From Macrostomum lignano (Eukaryota), in NCBI GenBank assembly GCA_002269645.1, contig NIVC01002606.1:1-64000 (forward strand): a stretch of DNA of 64,000 nt. Direction: 5' to 3'. The notes beneath the pieces were generated by a model. That model made no database searches. It saw only the letters and a list, made by a program, of their open reading frames with translations, and was not told the origin of the DNA. The position numbers were made by a program, and so were the translations under genes. Of the stretch, positions 43,712 to 57,511 are shown in pieces. Within the stretch, counting starts at the first letter, position 1; each line of letters starts with the position of its first letter.

Positions 43712-45337
43712 ATTCGCTGGAAGGCAAAAGTTAAAATGGCGAACTTGATTGAGGCTTCGCTGCTTCACAGGTTGCGTGTCCGGTCTTAGATATGAAATTC
43801 GTCCGATTCAGAGTGGAAGGCAGAGCGGCGGGCAGGATGGATGGGGATAAAGCGTGACCTCGGGAAGATGGATGGGGGATAAAGCGTGACCTCGGGAAGA
43901 TGGATGGGCAAAGCCGGGGAACAGGAGTGGGAAGCAGAGTTTGCTGCACTTTGGCTGCTTTATCGATTTTCTCGCCAAGTCTCTGCCCCACTAGCCTGTG
44001 GACACAGAGGGCTCGAGTGGGAGGGGGGAAGAGAGGCTGGCCTTACGTGCAATGAGGAGCGGGGCCAGCCCTACTAAACCAGGATGACTGAAAGCTTCAG
44101 TTCCTCTGTAAGCAAGAAAAGCTGCTAAAGCAGAGCCGGTCCTTTTTCTCCAGTTGAATCTTCAAGTTGACGGCAAAGTTAAAAAAGGCAGCGCAATTTC
44201 TTCAGACACAATCAAAGTAAACCGCCCTCGCTTATTCGCGTTTCCTCTGTTAGAAAAAAGCAGGCTAGCTGAAGGCACACAGGGAGGCCAGGCACAGGCT
44301 GTAGAGCGGCAGGGAGTTGGGGCTCGGGGGTTTTGAACGGCAGCGGGCCGGGCGGGGAGCCAGCGCGAGCCTTTAAATACCCGCGGCGGTGGGGTGGGCG
44401 TCATGGGGCTGGGGTGACTGGGGTGGTGGGGCTGCACGGTGCAGGGAGGGAGGCGGGGCTCGCCAAACCGCAAACGAGAGGAGAGGGCCAGTGCGGAATG
44501 GACTTTGACCCTGCAACCATCGCAAGGCTCAGTGAATCCCAGCTAGATTATCACTTCACAGCTGGCCATGCTAAGAATGCGATGAATGGAGCAAGCCCGG
44601 CAAACTACCTACACCCAAGGTGGCAAAGCTAAAAATGATGGCAGATAACAAAACTCAGTAAAGCCCATAGATAAAGTATACCATAGATTCCACCCCTACC
44701 CCCGCGGAGTGTCTAAATTGTGACCATCACTTTATTCACTGCGCTCCTATTGGCTGGGCCACGCTATGCACATTGAGTCCACGTGTGTACATTCCCCCAA
44801 CTCCGCTTTTCTATTATCTCCGCTTTAACTGTTGAAACTGGTAAGACATCCTTTCGTTCCGCGCATTAAAGTTATAAAGCTTTCTTGTGTGGAAGGGGTG
44901 AGGGAATGAAATCGAAGGTGTTGAAAGGAAGGCTTTCGCGCCAGCCAATGAGAGCACGGTGAGTTTTATGGTGGTCAAAGTTTGGACACGAGCGTGTGTA
45001 CATTCTGGGCAGGGGTGGAATCTATGGTATACTTTATCTATGGTAAAGCCTCTCCGTTTCTCAATGAAATCGGCTGTGCGGACACAATGCAAATCCATTA
45101 TTTTATTACACAGGTAGGCTGTCAATGCAGTGGGGAATTTGAGAAGCGATGACATTCGTCGGGTCAGTTGAGTATAGTCTCAGCAACTGTGACCTGGCAA
45201 CCCAACGAATGCTGTGATAAAAAAGAAAAAATACTGCAAACAGCTCTAAGCAATTGTATTCGCCTTAGTCTAGTGTCGCTCAATTTTTTAATTAAGATTT
45301 TTAATATTTGTTGTCTAACTCGATCTCGTACACGTGC

Positions 45338-45725
45338 CTAACCCTAATCTTGTACCTGTCTGACCCTAATCTTGTACACCTGCCTAACCCTAATCTTGTA
45401 CACCTGCCCAATCCTAATCTTGTACACCTGCCTAACCCTAATCTTGTACACCTGTCTAACCCTACTATAGTACACCTGCCTAACCCTAATCTTGTACACC
45501 TGCCTAACCCTAATCTTGTACACCTGCCCAATCCTAATCTTGTACACCTGCCCAATCCTAATCTTGTACACCTGCCTAACCCTAATCTTGTACACCTGCC
45601 TAACCCTAATCTTGTACACCTGCTTAACCCTAATATTGTACACCTGTCTAACCCTACTATAGTACACCTGCCTAACCCTAATCTTGTACACCTGCCTAAC
45701 CCTAATCTTGTACACCTGCCTAACC
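45338..45725. repeat. 24-bp minisatellite (CCTAACCCTAATCTTGTACACCTG)n with a telomere-like core
   Basis: About 16 copies. Confidence 0.92.
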
Positions 45726-46248
45726 GTAATATCGCATAGCTGACTAAATCAATATTTACCTATAAAATAGGTACAAACAAAGATTAAATAGGTTACATCG
45801 AATTACAGGCATACGCTGCTTTAACCAGCGAGAATCCCGCAGAGGTGCAAATGAATGCAAAACCAGCAGCATTTGCTGCACCTGGCCTGCATCGAGTTCG
45901 AGTAGCCGGAACCGCAGACACAGCTAATACTACATTGAAAGTACATAAAAGAAGCCGAATTCAATACCACTGCAAGTATTAAATAGCGACACCTACTGCT
46001 GCTTGACGCAGTAGAGAAAATGACATGAAAAACGGCCTACTGGTTGCTGGGCTCAGGCTCGGGTTTTGACAGACAGATACACACAGATAAGGTGAAAGTG
46101 AGATGAGAGACAGGTGCGCAGAGGCAGACCAGTTTAACCAGTGGAGCCGCGGGCAGGGGCGGCAAGCTCAGACAGCTAGTAGCAGGCCACATAAAGTCTA
46201 AAGTTACTATGCACTCCTATCGTGTCAGAGGTCAGGTGAGGTCAAAGT

Positions 46249-46768
46249 TCAATCCAGTCCAGCGGACCTCGGCATGGCGGCCAGGCGGGCGGCCAGACAG
46301 GCAAAGCTGGGCCGCTGGTCGGGACAGTAGCGCCAGCAGTGCAGCAGCAGCTCGTACACCGGACCCGGACAGGCGGCCGGACAGGGCAGGCGGTCGCCCC
46401 GCTCCAGCATCTGCACGATCTCCGTGCCCTTGAGGTCGTGGTAGGGCCTGGCGCCGTAGCTGAACAGTTCCCAGCAGGTGACGCCGAAGCTCCAGACGTC
46501 CGACTGGCAGCTGAAGCGGAAGTAGTAGATGCACTCAGGGCTGTACCACTTCAGCGGCCAGCGGCCGGCCGCATCGGCACGGTAATAGTCACTGCCGCCG
46601 GCCAGCGCGCGGCTCAGGCCGAAGTCCGAAATCTTGACGCTGCACCGGCCGGCCAGCAGGACGTTGCGGGCGGCCAAGTCGCGGTGGACGAGGCGGCGGG
46701 ACTCCAGGTAGCGCATGCCCTGAGAGACCTGGTGGGCCAGCTCTGTGAGCTGCTCGACTGGGCACTCG
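46249..46768 (-). CDS. SYK: Syk/ZAP-70-like tyrosine kinase, last exon (kinase C-lobe)
   Basis: HRDLAARN, KISDFG, activation loop DYY, GRWPLKWYSPEC, SDVWSFGV; acceptor at 46769-46771. Confidence 0.93.
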
Positions 46769-46799
46769 CTGCGGGTTCGCGGTCGGGGATTCCGGTCAG

Positions 46800-47476
46800 T
46801 AGTGAAGATGGAGTGAAGGGACTGTAGTGAAGATGGAGTGAAGGGACTGTAGTGAAGATAGAGTGAAGGGACTGTAGTGAAGATGGAGTGAAGGGACTGT
46901 AGTGAAGATAGAGTGAAGGGACTGTAGTGAAGATGGAATGGAGGGACTGTAGTGAAGATGGAATGGAGGGACTCTAGTGAAGATGGAGTGAAGGGACTCT
47001 AGTGAAGATGGAGTGAAGGGACTCTAGTGAAGATGGAGTGAAGGGACTCTAGTGAAGATGGAATGGAGGGACTCTAGTGAAGATGGAGTGAAGGGACTCT
47101 AGTGAAGATGGAGTGAAGGGACTCTAGTGAAGATGGAGTGAAGGGACTCTAGTGAAGATGGAAAGGAGACTCTAGTGAAGATGGAAAGGAGACTCTAGTG
47201 AAGATGGAATGGAGACTCTAGTGAAGATGGAATGGAGACTCTAGTGAAGATGGAATGGAGACTCTAGTGAAGATGGAAAGGAGACTCTAGTGAAGATGGA
47301 ATGGAGACTCTAGTGAAGATGGAAAGGAGACTCTAGTGAAGATGGAATGGAGACTCTAGTGAAGATGGAATGGAGACTCTAGTGAAGATGGAAAGGAGAC
47401 TCTAGTGAAGATGGAATGGAGACTCTAGTGAAGATGGAATGGAGACTCTAGTGAAGATGGAAAGGAGACTCTAGTA
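46800..47476. repeat. 23-25-bp intronic minisatellite (AGTGAAGATGGAGTGAAGGGACTGT / AGTGAAGATGGAATGGAGACTCT)
   Basis: Tandem array in the Syk intron, grading from a 25-bp to a 22-23-bp unit. Confidence 0.92.
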
Positions 47477-47797
47477 AAGATGTCTATAAATTTACCGTAA
47501 TAAAGATATCTGGCAAAAATGGCAACTCTGAAAAAATATTAAGGGTACGCGATGAAACTTGCCAATTCATCTACTCACAGTAGGCTAGTAGTGGGTGCAA
47601 GCATTTTATATTAATTTCAGAAAAAATACATTGGCTTTGAACTGCCAGTGACTGCTAGTGAGAGGACCCTACTTCGCTTCAAAATTTTCAATGAGGCATG
47701 AATTATTCCGTTCGATAACAAACGCTGACATTTTATTTCTTTCTAAACTTCCGAGCTGCAGCTGCCAGACAAACGGAAGAATTAAACTGGCACTCAC

Positions 47798-48471
47798 GGG
47801 TGCTTCCTGAGGAACTTGTTCACGGGCCCGAGCGGCGCCAGCTCCAGCACCAGCATCAGGCAGCCGCTGCCGTTCGCCCGGCTCAGGCCCAGCAGACGGA
47901 GCACCCGGGGATGCCGCAGGCCGCTCATCACCCGCGCCTCGGCCAGCACGTCAGCTTCAGCTGCGGCGCCGGCGCCAGAACGGAGGGTCTTCACCGCCAC
48001 TCGAACCTCGCGGCCGGTGCACGGGTCGCGGTGCAGGGCGGCTCGGACTTCGCCGAAGTTGCCGCCGCCGAGGCGCTCGCCGAGCCGCAGACGGTCAGCC
48101 GGCAGCTCCGGAGCGGCTCCGAGGCCGTCAGCGGGCGGCAGATCGGGCGGCTCCTCACTGTCGCTTCCGCTGCCGTACCACCAGTCGGCGATGTCCGCGC
48201 AGTCGCTGGTGCAGCCACCACTGCCGCCTCGGTCAGTTTTCTCCGGCCTGTCGCAGCTGCCGCCTTCATCAGCGGTGTCGTCATCAATGCGCACCAGGAG
48301 GTCCACGGCGACTGACGCAGCGGCGGCGGCAGGCACGAAACGGTTGGGGCTGTCGGTCAGCGTCGAATTGATGTCCAGAAGGCGCCGACATCGGCAGCAG
48401 GTGCCCGAGGAGGAGCCAGACGATGAGGTCGGGTCAGTGATGTCGGAAGAATCTGAGGACAGCTGCCGGCT
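47798..48471 (-). CDS. SYK: Syk/ZAP-70-like kinase, middle exon (interdomain B + kinase N-lobe)
   Basis: LGGGNFGEV, VAVKTL, EARVMSGLRHPRVLRLLG, LVLELAPLGPVNKFL; splice phases fit both neighbouring exons. Confidence 0.9.
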
Positions 48472-51011
48472 CTGCGCAGGGGAGACATCGATAAGAGCAA
48501 TGCAAAGTACGCGGCGTCTTTAAAATATCTGCCTGACTAATTGAAATCCAGGCCAGAGCCCTTTCCCGCTACATGTTGTCAGAAAATTCGACTCGATTCG
48601 AGTCGAGGACTTCGAGTTTAGTCCAGGAAACGACCTGCATGCTTTCAAAGAGCATACTTGTTATAATGTTAGAAATTACGGGTTTCAAAATCCCTTTGTG
48701 AGAGTCTGAGGAGATCGCTTGTAAACCTGGCTGGTCCTCCCGGGGCAAAAACCTCAGCTTTAGCATTTCCGCCCGTCTGCCAACAGCCGGAGACCCGCCG
48801 CAGTGCACACGCACTGGTAGCCAGTAAACAGGACAGGCAGAAGGCGGGCGAGCCGGCCCAGTCAATTAAAAACAAGCACTGGAACTTTCCCACAGAATCC
48901 GGCCCTGAGAAGCAGCAATATCTGAACGAAAAGTTGCGCGCACTGCCCCGAGCCGTTCTGCATTCCGCTGCACCCCGGGAGATTTAGCGAGATGAGAGGC
49001 CAGACAGCGCAGTTCGATCCAGCGCCAGGAGGGTGGCTGGGGGGGGGGGCAGCGAGAGCCGAACCGGGAAATACAAAACAGAGATCAGAGAAACGCGGGC
49101 TAAACTAAGCCAATTTCGATTCCCGCAATTCAGCACGCGCAAACAAGCCAGCCAGCTCGCCTCTCCCGACAGCCCCGAGTTCGCTCTCCGTGTCACAACA
49201 GCCACACATTTACTAAGCAAAGCCGCAGTCCCGCTAAGAACCCTCATCTCAGCTGCCCCTACCTCTTGCACCTGACTAATTAGTCGCAGACTCTAATAAG
49301 GCCTAATTGACCCACTTTCCCATGCCCGCTACCTGCGCAGGGGTCAAAGCAGCGGGTGGGAGCGGAGGAATTCGGCCACTGGAATTGAAAAAAGCTGGCG
49401 GCGCTCAGAAGCAGCGGAGGCTGCGGGGCCGGCCATCAAAAAGTCGCGAGCCTCAATCCAGATAGGGATGAGGCAGGCCTTTCGGCAAATCCGCCGCTAC
49501 TGATCAAGAGACCTAATCCGATTGGGCTGGGGTGGGCGGCCACTAGAGGCCAATTTGCCAGAACTGACAACTTATTGCCCAGTGAAAAACTGCAGACGGG
49601 TCACCGAAGTCGCCTGCCTCAGCCGGACGGACAGCCCGCCATTCTACAGCAGCAGCAGCTACCCGCTGGGAAATGGGATCGAGCCCCGGACACGTAATCA
49701 AGACAGGATTAGACTGTCGGATGCGGCCTCCACTCGCGGTGATTGGCTATAAATTTTGATTCACTCTTCCCAATCCCATCCAGATCGGAGAGTCTCCCTC
49801 TCTCTACTCAATCAGTGTAGCAAATTTGCCGACTCTTTGGAGACACTGTTCCACTTACACAGAGGCAGGCTGCAACTTAATCACCTCTGCAGCTTCCAGC
49901 GAGCTCCATCAGGTTCAGGCAGGGGAAGGAAGGCCAAAGGAATGAGGGGGGGTCACAATTGAGGCACCAAAAGAAAATGGAAGGCGGAGAGCTGAGGCTG
50001 CGGGTAATTGAGAGGCTACCAGCGGGCCGCCAGCCGCTGACAGCCGGAGGGGCAAGTCTCTTAGAGCTGCCAGAGCTGCTGAAGGCAAATGCGCCCGCAG
50101 AAGAAAGCAGGCGGGCATTGTGTGCGTCCGTCGAGCACCACCAGTCATGACAAGCAAAGACAGGCTAACAGAGAAGAATTCACATGCGATCGCCTTGGCC
50201 ACATGAAAGAGAGTCCGCCAGGAAGCGCAAAGGGCAGGAAGCAGACCCTTGTGCCGCTGCCATTAATCAGGCCTGGGCGCCGATCCGCCACTCAGATACG
50301 GGGGGGGGGGTCGCACAGACCGGACTGTGGATTCTGCGATATCGAAAGTACTCAAAACTCATCAATGCCTCATTGTGCGCGCCAAAGCAAAAGTGCAAGG
50401 CCTGCTTCTACTGACTCTTGAAGAAGACCATAAAGTTTAAGAGCCAGTCGGAATCGGATTGGATAATGCAAACTGGATGCGGCAAATCAGATCTGCGAGT
50501 CACCTGGCCAGCAGCGGGCTAATTTAGCAGCCAGCGGCCCAGCATGCTCTCAGTAATCCCGCAGTCCTGCCTATAGCAGCTCTTGAACACCCACGCCGGA
50601 CAGGAAGGACAGTCGGCATTATTGAGTTAGGCTGTCGGGGTGGCCGGCCGATTTTCCAACTGGCCAGCAGCTCAAGTGAGTAGCCGGGCCAGGCTAAAAA
50701 GACTCTGGCGAGATCCCCGCAGCGGATCAATCAGGCGGGATGGGATCGGGACGGGAGGGGCTACTCGGCAACAAGATTTGCGAGCCCCGAAAGATGGAGA
50801 ATCCGAGCCTAATGCGCCAAGTCCCCGCGGGCCGAGCAGAAGGCTGTGGCATCATAGGTACTCGCAGGAGGCGGAATGGCGCCTCGGCCAGCCCAGTTAG
50901 GGGAGAGCTGAAGACGGAGCCGATGCGGCATCATTGCATTCCGGGCAGCGCTGGCGGGCCGCTAATAGTCGCCATTAGCTAGGTGGCTGGGATGAAGGAA
51001 GACAGCTGAGA

Positions 51012-51236
51012 CTGGGAGACACCCTGACTGCTGAGTGCAGGGCCAGGGAGACACCCTGACTGCTGAGTGCAGGGCCAGGGAGACACCCTGACTGTTGAGT
51101 GCAGGGCCAGGGAGACACCCTGACTGCTGAGTGCAGGGCCAGGGAGACACCCTGACTGCTGATTGCAGGGCCAGGGAGACACCCACCCTGACTGCTGATT
51201 GCAGGGCCAGGGAGACACCCTGACTGCTGAGTGCAG
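51012..51236. repeat. 32-bp minisatellite (GAGACACCCTGACTGCTGAGTGCAGGGCCAGG)n
   Basis: About 7 copies. Confidence 0.9.
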
Positions 51237-52729
51237 AGCAAATTAAACACAAGCAAAAAGCAAGCCGCTCGAAGCGAAACCGCACGGAAAAAATCTGACA
51301 CTCTAAAAAGGAGCCAGAACTGGAGTGGCTGCAATCAGGCCTGACAATAACCTGCAGAACTTGCAGCCTCCAGTTTGATGCAAGCGCCTTGATGCACAGG
51401 AATTTTGGCGCGATTCAATCCGAACTGGAATGGCGGACGGTTTACACCAAAGCGGCGGCCAGAGGCAGTAAACACAGCATTTAAAAGCACCCCAGGGCCT
51501 GACATTGCCCATCAACTGTCGTTAAACATTCGCTTTACTCGCGCAAGAAGACCGCACCGGTTCCAATTGTAATTCTTTTCTTCGCTTTGCTGACGGCCAT
51601 CTGGGCCGGTCAGGCGCAGCGGCGGCAATGCCCGGATGCCTGAGCCAGCTGGGAGGGAATTTCAGGACAAAAGGCCATTGTGAGCGGCAGCCAGTCCTTC
51701 ACGCCGCTGCCCCCCACCCCCCAATGCGATGAGGCAGGCAGAGAGGGGAGGCAGGCCAGGCCGGACCTGTCAGGCGCCGCTGAGAAGCTGAGAAATCAAT
51801 TATCGGAATTCAATGCCACCCCGACTCCGGGCCGGCCGGCAACTTCATCGCCCAGCCTCTCCGACCAACAAGAGCACTTTCTCCCATCCGCCTGCGCGCC
51901 CCTTGAGGAGGGAAGAAAACAGAGCGGGGAGGAGAATACCCCAGTTGAGCACGGAAGGCCGCCCAGAAACGGATCAAGCAGCCTGGCAAATCGGAAGTGC
52001 ACCGGCCGATTTCTTCATTTGAGAGGAAGCAGCTTGTGTTTGAAGAAATCGCAGTTCGGACTGAGCCGAGATGCAACAGAGCTTGGCGGGGCTGGCGTGA
52101 CTGCCGGGGTTTCCGCTGATTTCCCTGCGAGCCGAAGGATTTGAGCAGGCGAAGGACTTTTACGCACACAAAGGATGGAGCAGGCTAATCCTGCGGAAGA
52201 CTTTGGGTGTCCCCAAACAGCGTGAGGCGCAAGGCTGCAGGGTCACGCGGGGCGCCACTCGCGCCAAGCAAAATGACGGAGGAATTCAGCTTCGGCCTTC
52301 AAAATGGAAGCTGATTAACGGCGGGGCTTTGACCGCAGGCCAGTCGGCTGGCTGGCTGGCTGGATCTCGCGAAAGGCAGGCAGGAAACCGGGGAGCAAGA
52401 AGGCTCAGGCGTTCACTTACAATGGCCGCAACAAAGTGCCTGACAGTGCAAAATGGGACAGCATTGAGATCATTGAGATCTACTCAGCTGGCAGCTCACA
52501 CATCCGCCCACACCATTGAGCCCAACATCCGACTGGCTTCAGTCAGCTCAAGCGGATTCACGGAATGGAAGCCGCACACGGCTGCGGGAGTCGGAAGAGA
52601 ATTTTGATTGGGGAGGCCCGGTAGCAACTACTGCAGGCAAAGGGTAAATTTCTCGGGTAAGACCAAATATTGACCCGAAACTGAGGGAGCCATTCAGTCC
52701 TAAATGGGGTTGGCTGAAGACCAAATTTG

Positions 52730-53048
52730 CACCAATACTGAGGACCAAATGCAGCCCAATACTGAGGACAAAATGCAGCCCAATACTGAGGACCAAATTT
52801 GCACTAATACTGAGGACCAAATTCGCCCCATATACTGAGGACCAAATGCACCTCAATACTGAGGACCAAATGCACCCCATTACTGAGGACCAAAAGCACC
52901 CCAATACTGAGGACCAAATGCACCTCAATACTGAGGACCAAATGCACCCCATTACTGAGGACCAAATGCACCCCAATACTGAGGACCAAATGCACCCCAT
53001 TACTGAGGACCAAATGCACCCCACTACTGAGGACCAGATCCACCCCAG
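52730..53048. repeat. 24-bp intronic minisatellite (AATACTGAGGACCAAATGCACCCC)n
   Basis: About 13 copies just inside the Syk exon 1 donor. Confidence 0.9.
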
Positions 53049-53065
53049 TGAAGCAAGCAGCTCAC

Positions 53066-54043
53066 AGCTGGCTCAGATTCCGCCGTTTCCGTCCAGCTGA
53101 AGCGGGTGCGGCCGGTCCCAGCCCCGCTGCTGACGGTAGCGCAGGCGGCACTCGGAGCGACGTCAGGGTGGTCGGGCCGGGGAACCGGCCGGCGCAGGCG
53201 GCACAGCAGACCGTCCTGCCGCAGGTGGTAGTGATCGACCAGCTGGGCTAGCGAGGCGAAGGCGTGGCCGCCTTCGATGCGAAGCCGCTGACCGTTGGGC
53301 AGGCGGTCGATCCTGTAGTGCTTCGGCTCGCGGCGGCAGCTGAGGCTCAGCGCGAAGGCACCGCCCCCGCATGCGCTGCGCACCAGGAAGGCGCCTTCGA
53401 CGTGGCCGGCGGCAGCCAGACGGCGCTCGGCCTCCTCGCGGCAGAGCCGGCCGTGAAACCAGGGCTGGCGCAGGTGCAGCTGTGACAGCGCCAGACGGCA
53501 GGCGAGGGCGCGCTGCGGCTCGTCCAAGTTGAGGCTGTCGTAGCCGAGTTCCGTCGCCTTGGCAACCGTGGCAGCGGCGAGGTCGTCCAGGGTGACGCCC
53601 TGCAGCGCCAGCGGGCTCGAGTCTGCTGGCCGGTCGCACGGCAGGCTGGCGAGGGTGACGAAGCCGTCCAGCCGGGCGGCATGATGTCGAAGGAGCTCCA
53701 CGGGGCCGGGGAAGGCGCGGCCGTTGGCGATGCGGTAGGCGCCGTCGGGCTGCCGCTCGACACTGTAGTGCAGCACCCGTCCAGCGTGGCAGATGCTCAC
53801 CGCGTAGTTGCCGCCCGTGGAAGCGCGCAGCAGGAAGAGGCCGTCGGCGGCGCCGCGCGCTAACAGCTGCTCCTCAGCCTGTTCCCGGGTGAGCCGGCCG
53901 TGGAAATAGGCCTGGCCGGCTGGGCTGACAGCTGACCGGAAGTCTTGGGTCGCCTGCTGATGCCGGCCAGCCGTGGCGCCGCCGCAGCCGCAGGCGGTGC
54001 AGCTGGAGCAGCAATGCACATAGGGATTAGCTGGGAATTTCAT
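53066..54043 (-). CDS. SYK: Syk/ZAP-70-like kinase, first coding exon (tandem SH2 domains)
   Basis: YFHGRLTREQAE...GLFLLRAS and WFHGRLCREEAE...GAFLVRS with no ankyrins between them (so not SHARK); donor GTGAG at 53061-53065. The three exons total 2172 nt in frame. Confidence 0.92.
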
Positions 54044-57000
54044 TCATTCGTTGGATTCGCTAAAAACCGCCGCGCGGGAATCTGCGGAGACGCCGCCGCT
54101 GCTGCTCCGGTGCCCAGCCGAAATTTTGAATTCGCCTCGCGGTGAAAACCGGAGAGGAGGGAGAGGCGGCGGCCGGGGCAGGCAGGGGCCTCGCGCCAAT
54201 GGCTGGCTGCCAGCAGCGGACCAGCCGCAGCTGAGCTGAAATGTGCAGTTGCTGGCCGCGTGAGAGTTGCGCCCGGACTGGCCCTGATTGACATCCCCTT
54301 CCTGGCCGGCGCCCGCTAATGCCGAGGAGGGGAAAGGTGGGGATTTCTCGGTCCCCTCCGTTTCTAACGAATTGAGAAGCCGGGCGGGAGGCCGCAGCTA
54401 CCTGTCAGTCAGCGGCTGGGCAGGGCACGCAGCGTGCAGCAGTTGGCGGGCTGCGGCACTGGTTGCTAAGTGCGGGGTCTCGGCCCCACAAAACCAGGCC
54501 TGATGGACTCGAATTACTCAGGACAGGCCTTTGGCTCATCCTACTGCTCAGCAGGGATGGGGGAACAGAAAGCCAGAAAGCAGTGGGAGGAGGCCAACAG
54601 CTGACTCGGTGTTAAGCCCCTGAAAAAGCAGCAGTGCAGCACAGGGACGCTGACAAGAGCAGCTTTAGCAATTAAGGTTTTAGATGCTCAAAAATCCAAC
54701 AAAACCCTTGCAGTGCTACTATAAGCAGAATGTAGCGAACTCGTTCCGAAATCAACAGTATTGGGCACAAGAATTAAGATGAAGCTTACCTTTGTCAGGT
54801 ACAGATCCATTTTGACAATGCATGCCAACCAGGTGTCACAACAGGCGCTGAGGAAGGGCATTAAATGGAAAAATGCTCAATTATTTGAAGAAAAAATATT
54901 TGGCAAGAAATACTCAAAGCTGAAGGCGACTTAAAACAGATGGATTAAATGAATCTGAAGTAAAAATGAATGAATTATTATATGAATAACCATTAGGCTT
55001 GTAAATTAAAAAATGTTTCCTAGTAGTGTTGCTACTAGTTAATAGAAGATAAAAACAGGGTTGCATACATACATGTGCAACCTCCAAAATTCGGTCAGCC
55101 GTGCGACTTAGTTTTAACAAAAATGCGACGTAGTTTTTGGCCAAAAATGCGACTTACATATAAAAAAACCCGAAAGCAAAATTAACGCAACTTTGGGTAA
55201 ACGGCAGGAGTAACTATGACTGTTTTATTAAGCTAAAATGCCTCGTCAGCTACTTAGTACTACTCTTCAGGTTATTTTTCGGGTGGGCATTTTTGCGACT
55301 TCCTTGATTGGCCGCCAAATCGGTCGGCCGGATCGGCCGACTCGGCCGACTGTTGCGCATGTATGGTTGCATAGCATCCAGCTTCTATATGCATTAATTC
55401 TTTTATGATCATACCCCACAGTGAGGCTTATTATATTAATGAAAAGACAAAAAATTACCAACCACTTAATCACATCTTAAGTACTGTTTATAACTTGATA
55501 TTTTTATTACTAACAGTGGAGGTTTCTATGCCTTTTAGCACCCCAGTTTATGACACCTAAATTAGAAAGATAACAATAAATATAGAGTTCTGCCATAAAC
55601 AAAACTTTCTTGTATCAACATCTGTAGCCTAATCTAATATCTACAAGTTTTGCATCCATATACATAGCTAATTAATTTCCTATAACTTCTATAACTTTTA
55701 AAATGATATTTACTTTAATAAAGATGGACTCCAATGGGGAATAATAGTTTTTATTATTCACTATACTATAGTAAGAAAGTAAAGAATGACAGCAATAGCT
55801 TCACCTATCACTTCTTAAGAGTATCTCATTTATTTACTGTACAAAAAGGCCAGAGCTACATTTATCCTAACTTTAGCCTTACCACTCTAAGCATATATCA
55901 AGCATATGGCATTGAAAATATGTATTTCTTGCTTAAGTCCATAAATGGACTTTTTCAATGAAAGTAAAAATATTCATCTTATAAACAATAAAGTCTATTA
56001 ACAACAATGCTGTTTTGATCAAAATTATAAGTTGCCTATTAAGTTCTATCTAAATAATATAGAACAATGTTTTGCAAAAAACTTTTAACTTTAGTAACTT
56101 TAAAGAGTATCTCAAAAAGTTCCAACAATAATTCATTGTTCTTTTTCTGTTTGCACAATTTTTTTTAAATTGAGTTCACAATGGTCAAATACTGTTGAAG
56201 CTTCATATTTAAAAGGTAATTTCGGCTTAATTATCAATTGGCCCTGCCACCTGATAAACAATAAGTCTTATGGATCTAGTGCCACTTAATTTGCTTTATG
56301 TGGAAGATTCAGTGCTTTGTCCTTTTCGCATGGATATAGTGAAAATGCCACAAACTTATTAGCTACTATATGCCAAATAGGTTTATAGTTTTATTGTGAA
56401 GTAGTTGAAATGCTTTTTTAATTTACTTATTGATACTTATACTTTAGCCTATTGATTTCATTTATATATAATAAATTTAAATTTATATTTGGTAAATTTA
56501 ACAATTATTATTTTTTAGTATGCCTAATACTTATACTTAAAGAAAGTTTATTAACAAAGCTATATTCTACAAAGCAGAATTTCCTCTTTTTTAGCAAATA
56601 AAAAGGTTGCAATTGTTGACTGCTTAAAACCTGCGATGGAGGGCTAGAACTGCAAGTTCTGCTCATATTCGTATAAACTATTGATCCAATTAATTAATTA
56701 GCCATACCACACGTCATGCAAATAGATCAAGGCAAGTTAAAATTGTATTGTATTTTGAATAAGTTGGTTTTAAGCTTATAATTGACTAGGCCCCTAATTG
56801 TAGTTTATCATTCTTATAATTTAGGTTCATCTGTCCAGTCCAACATTGTGTGCCTGTTTTCCCAACACTTATCAGTTTGAAAACACATGCATATAGGACA
56901 CATTGAGAAAAATTTGAAGGACAAAAAGGAGACTCAGGTAATAACATTTATATAACAGGGTTACCTATTATATATATTTATTATTTGTAGAATTTACAAT

Positions 57001-57511
57001 ATAAATTATCTATTTTACATTTTAGGATATACAAAGGACAAGTCTATGTTATCCAATAGTAATGCCTTTGCATCTGCTAGTAATGAGCATCAAATAAAAG
57101 TGGAATGTAGTATTTTAAGTCAAAGTAATAGTTCTATAAATTAATGATTCTGTTAGGCCTATTATTAATCAGTGTCTGATAAATAATATTGATTTACCTG
57201 CTATTGTCAATGCAAACAATCTATCAACAAGTGAATTTTTGTCAATTATACAATTTCTTTTCCTCAAAATTCAGAAGTGTCATTTAGTGTCATTTAAAGC
57301 TGCTCTAGATATTGTCACATCATTTGTTCTTAGCTTTCAAACTTTTAATAGCACATTTTGTCAAATGTACATAACTTTCTTATGATTTCCAAAGTACCTG
57401 AAAATGTTATAATAGAATTTGATGCAGTTTTTTCATGTGACAGTTTTTTCAACTATCTTTTCCATCTGTTGTATTTAGCAAAAGTACTAAGGCAATTTTA
57501 AGCTCTAAGTA

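Noticed and set aside
84-54043. Clustering of RNase T2, MPP8 and Syk as a defence island around the virus
   Set aside because: No sequence evidence of functional linkage; likely coincidental neighbourhood.
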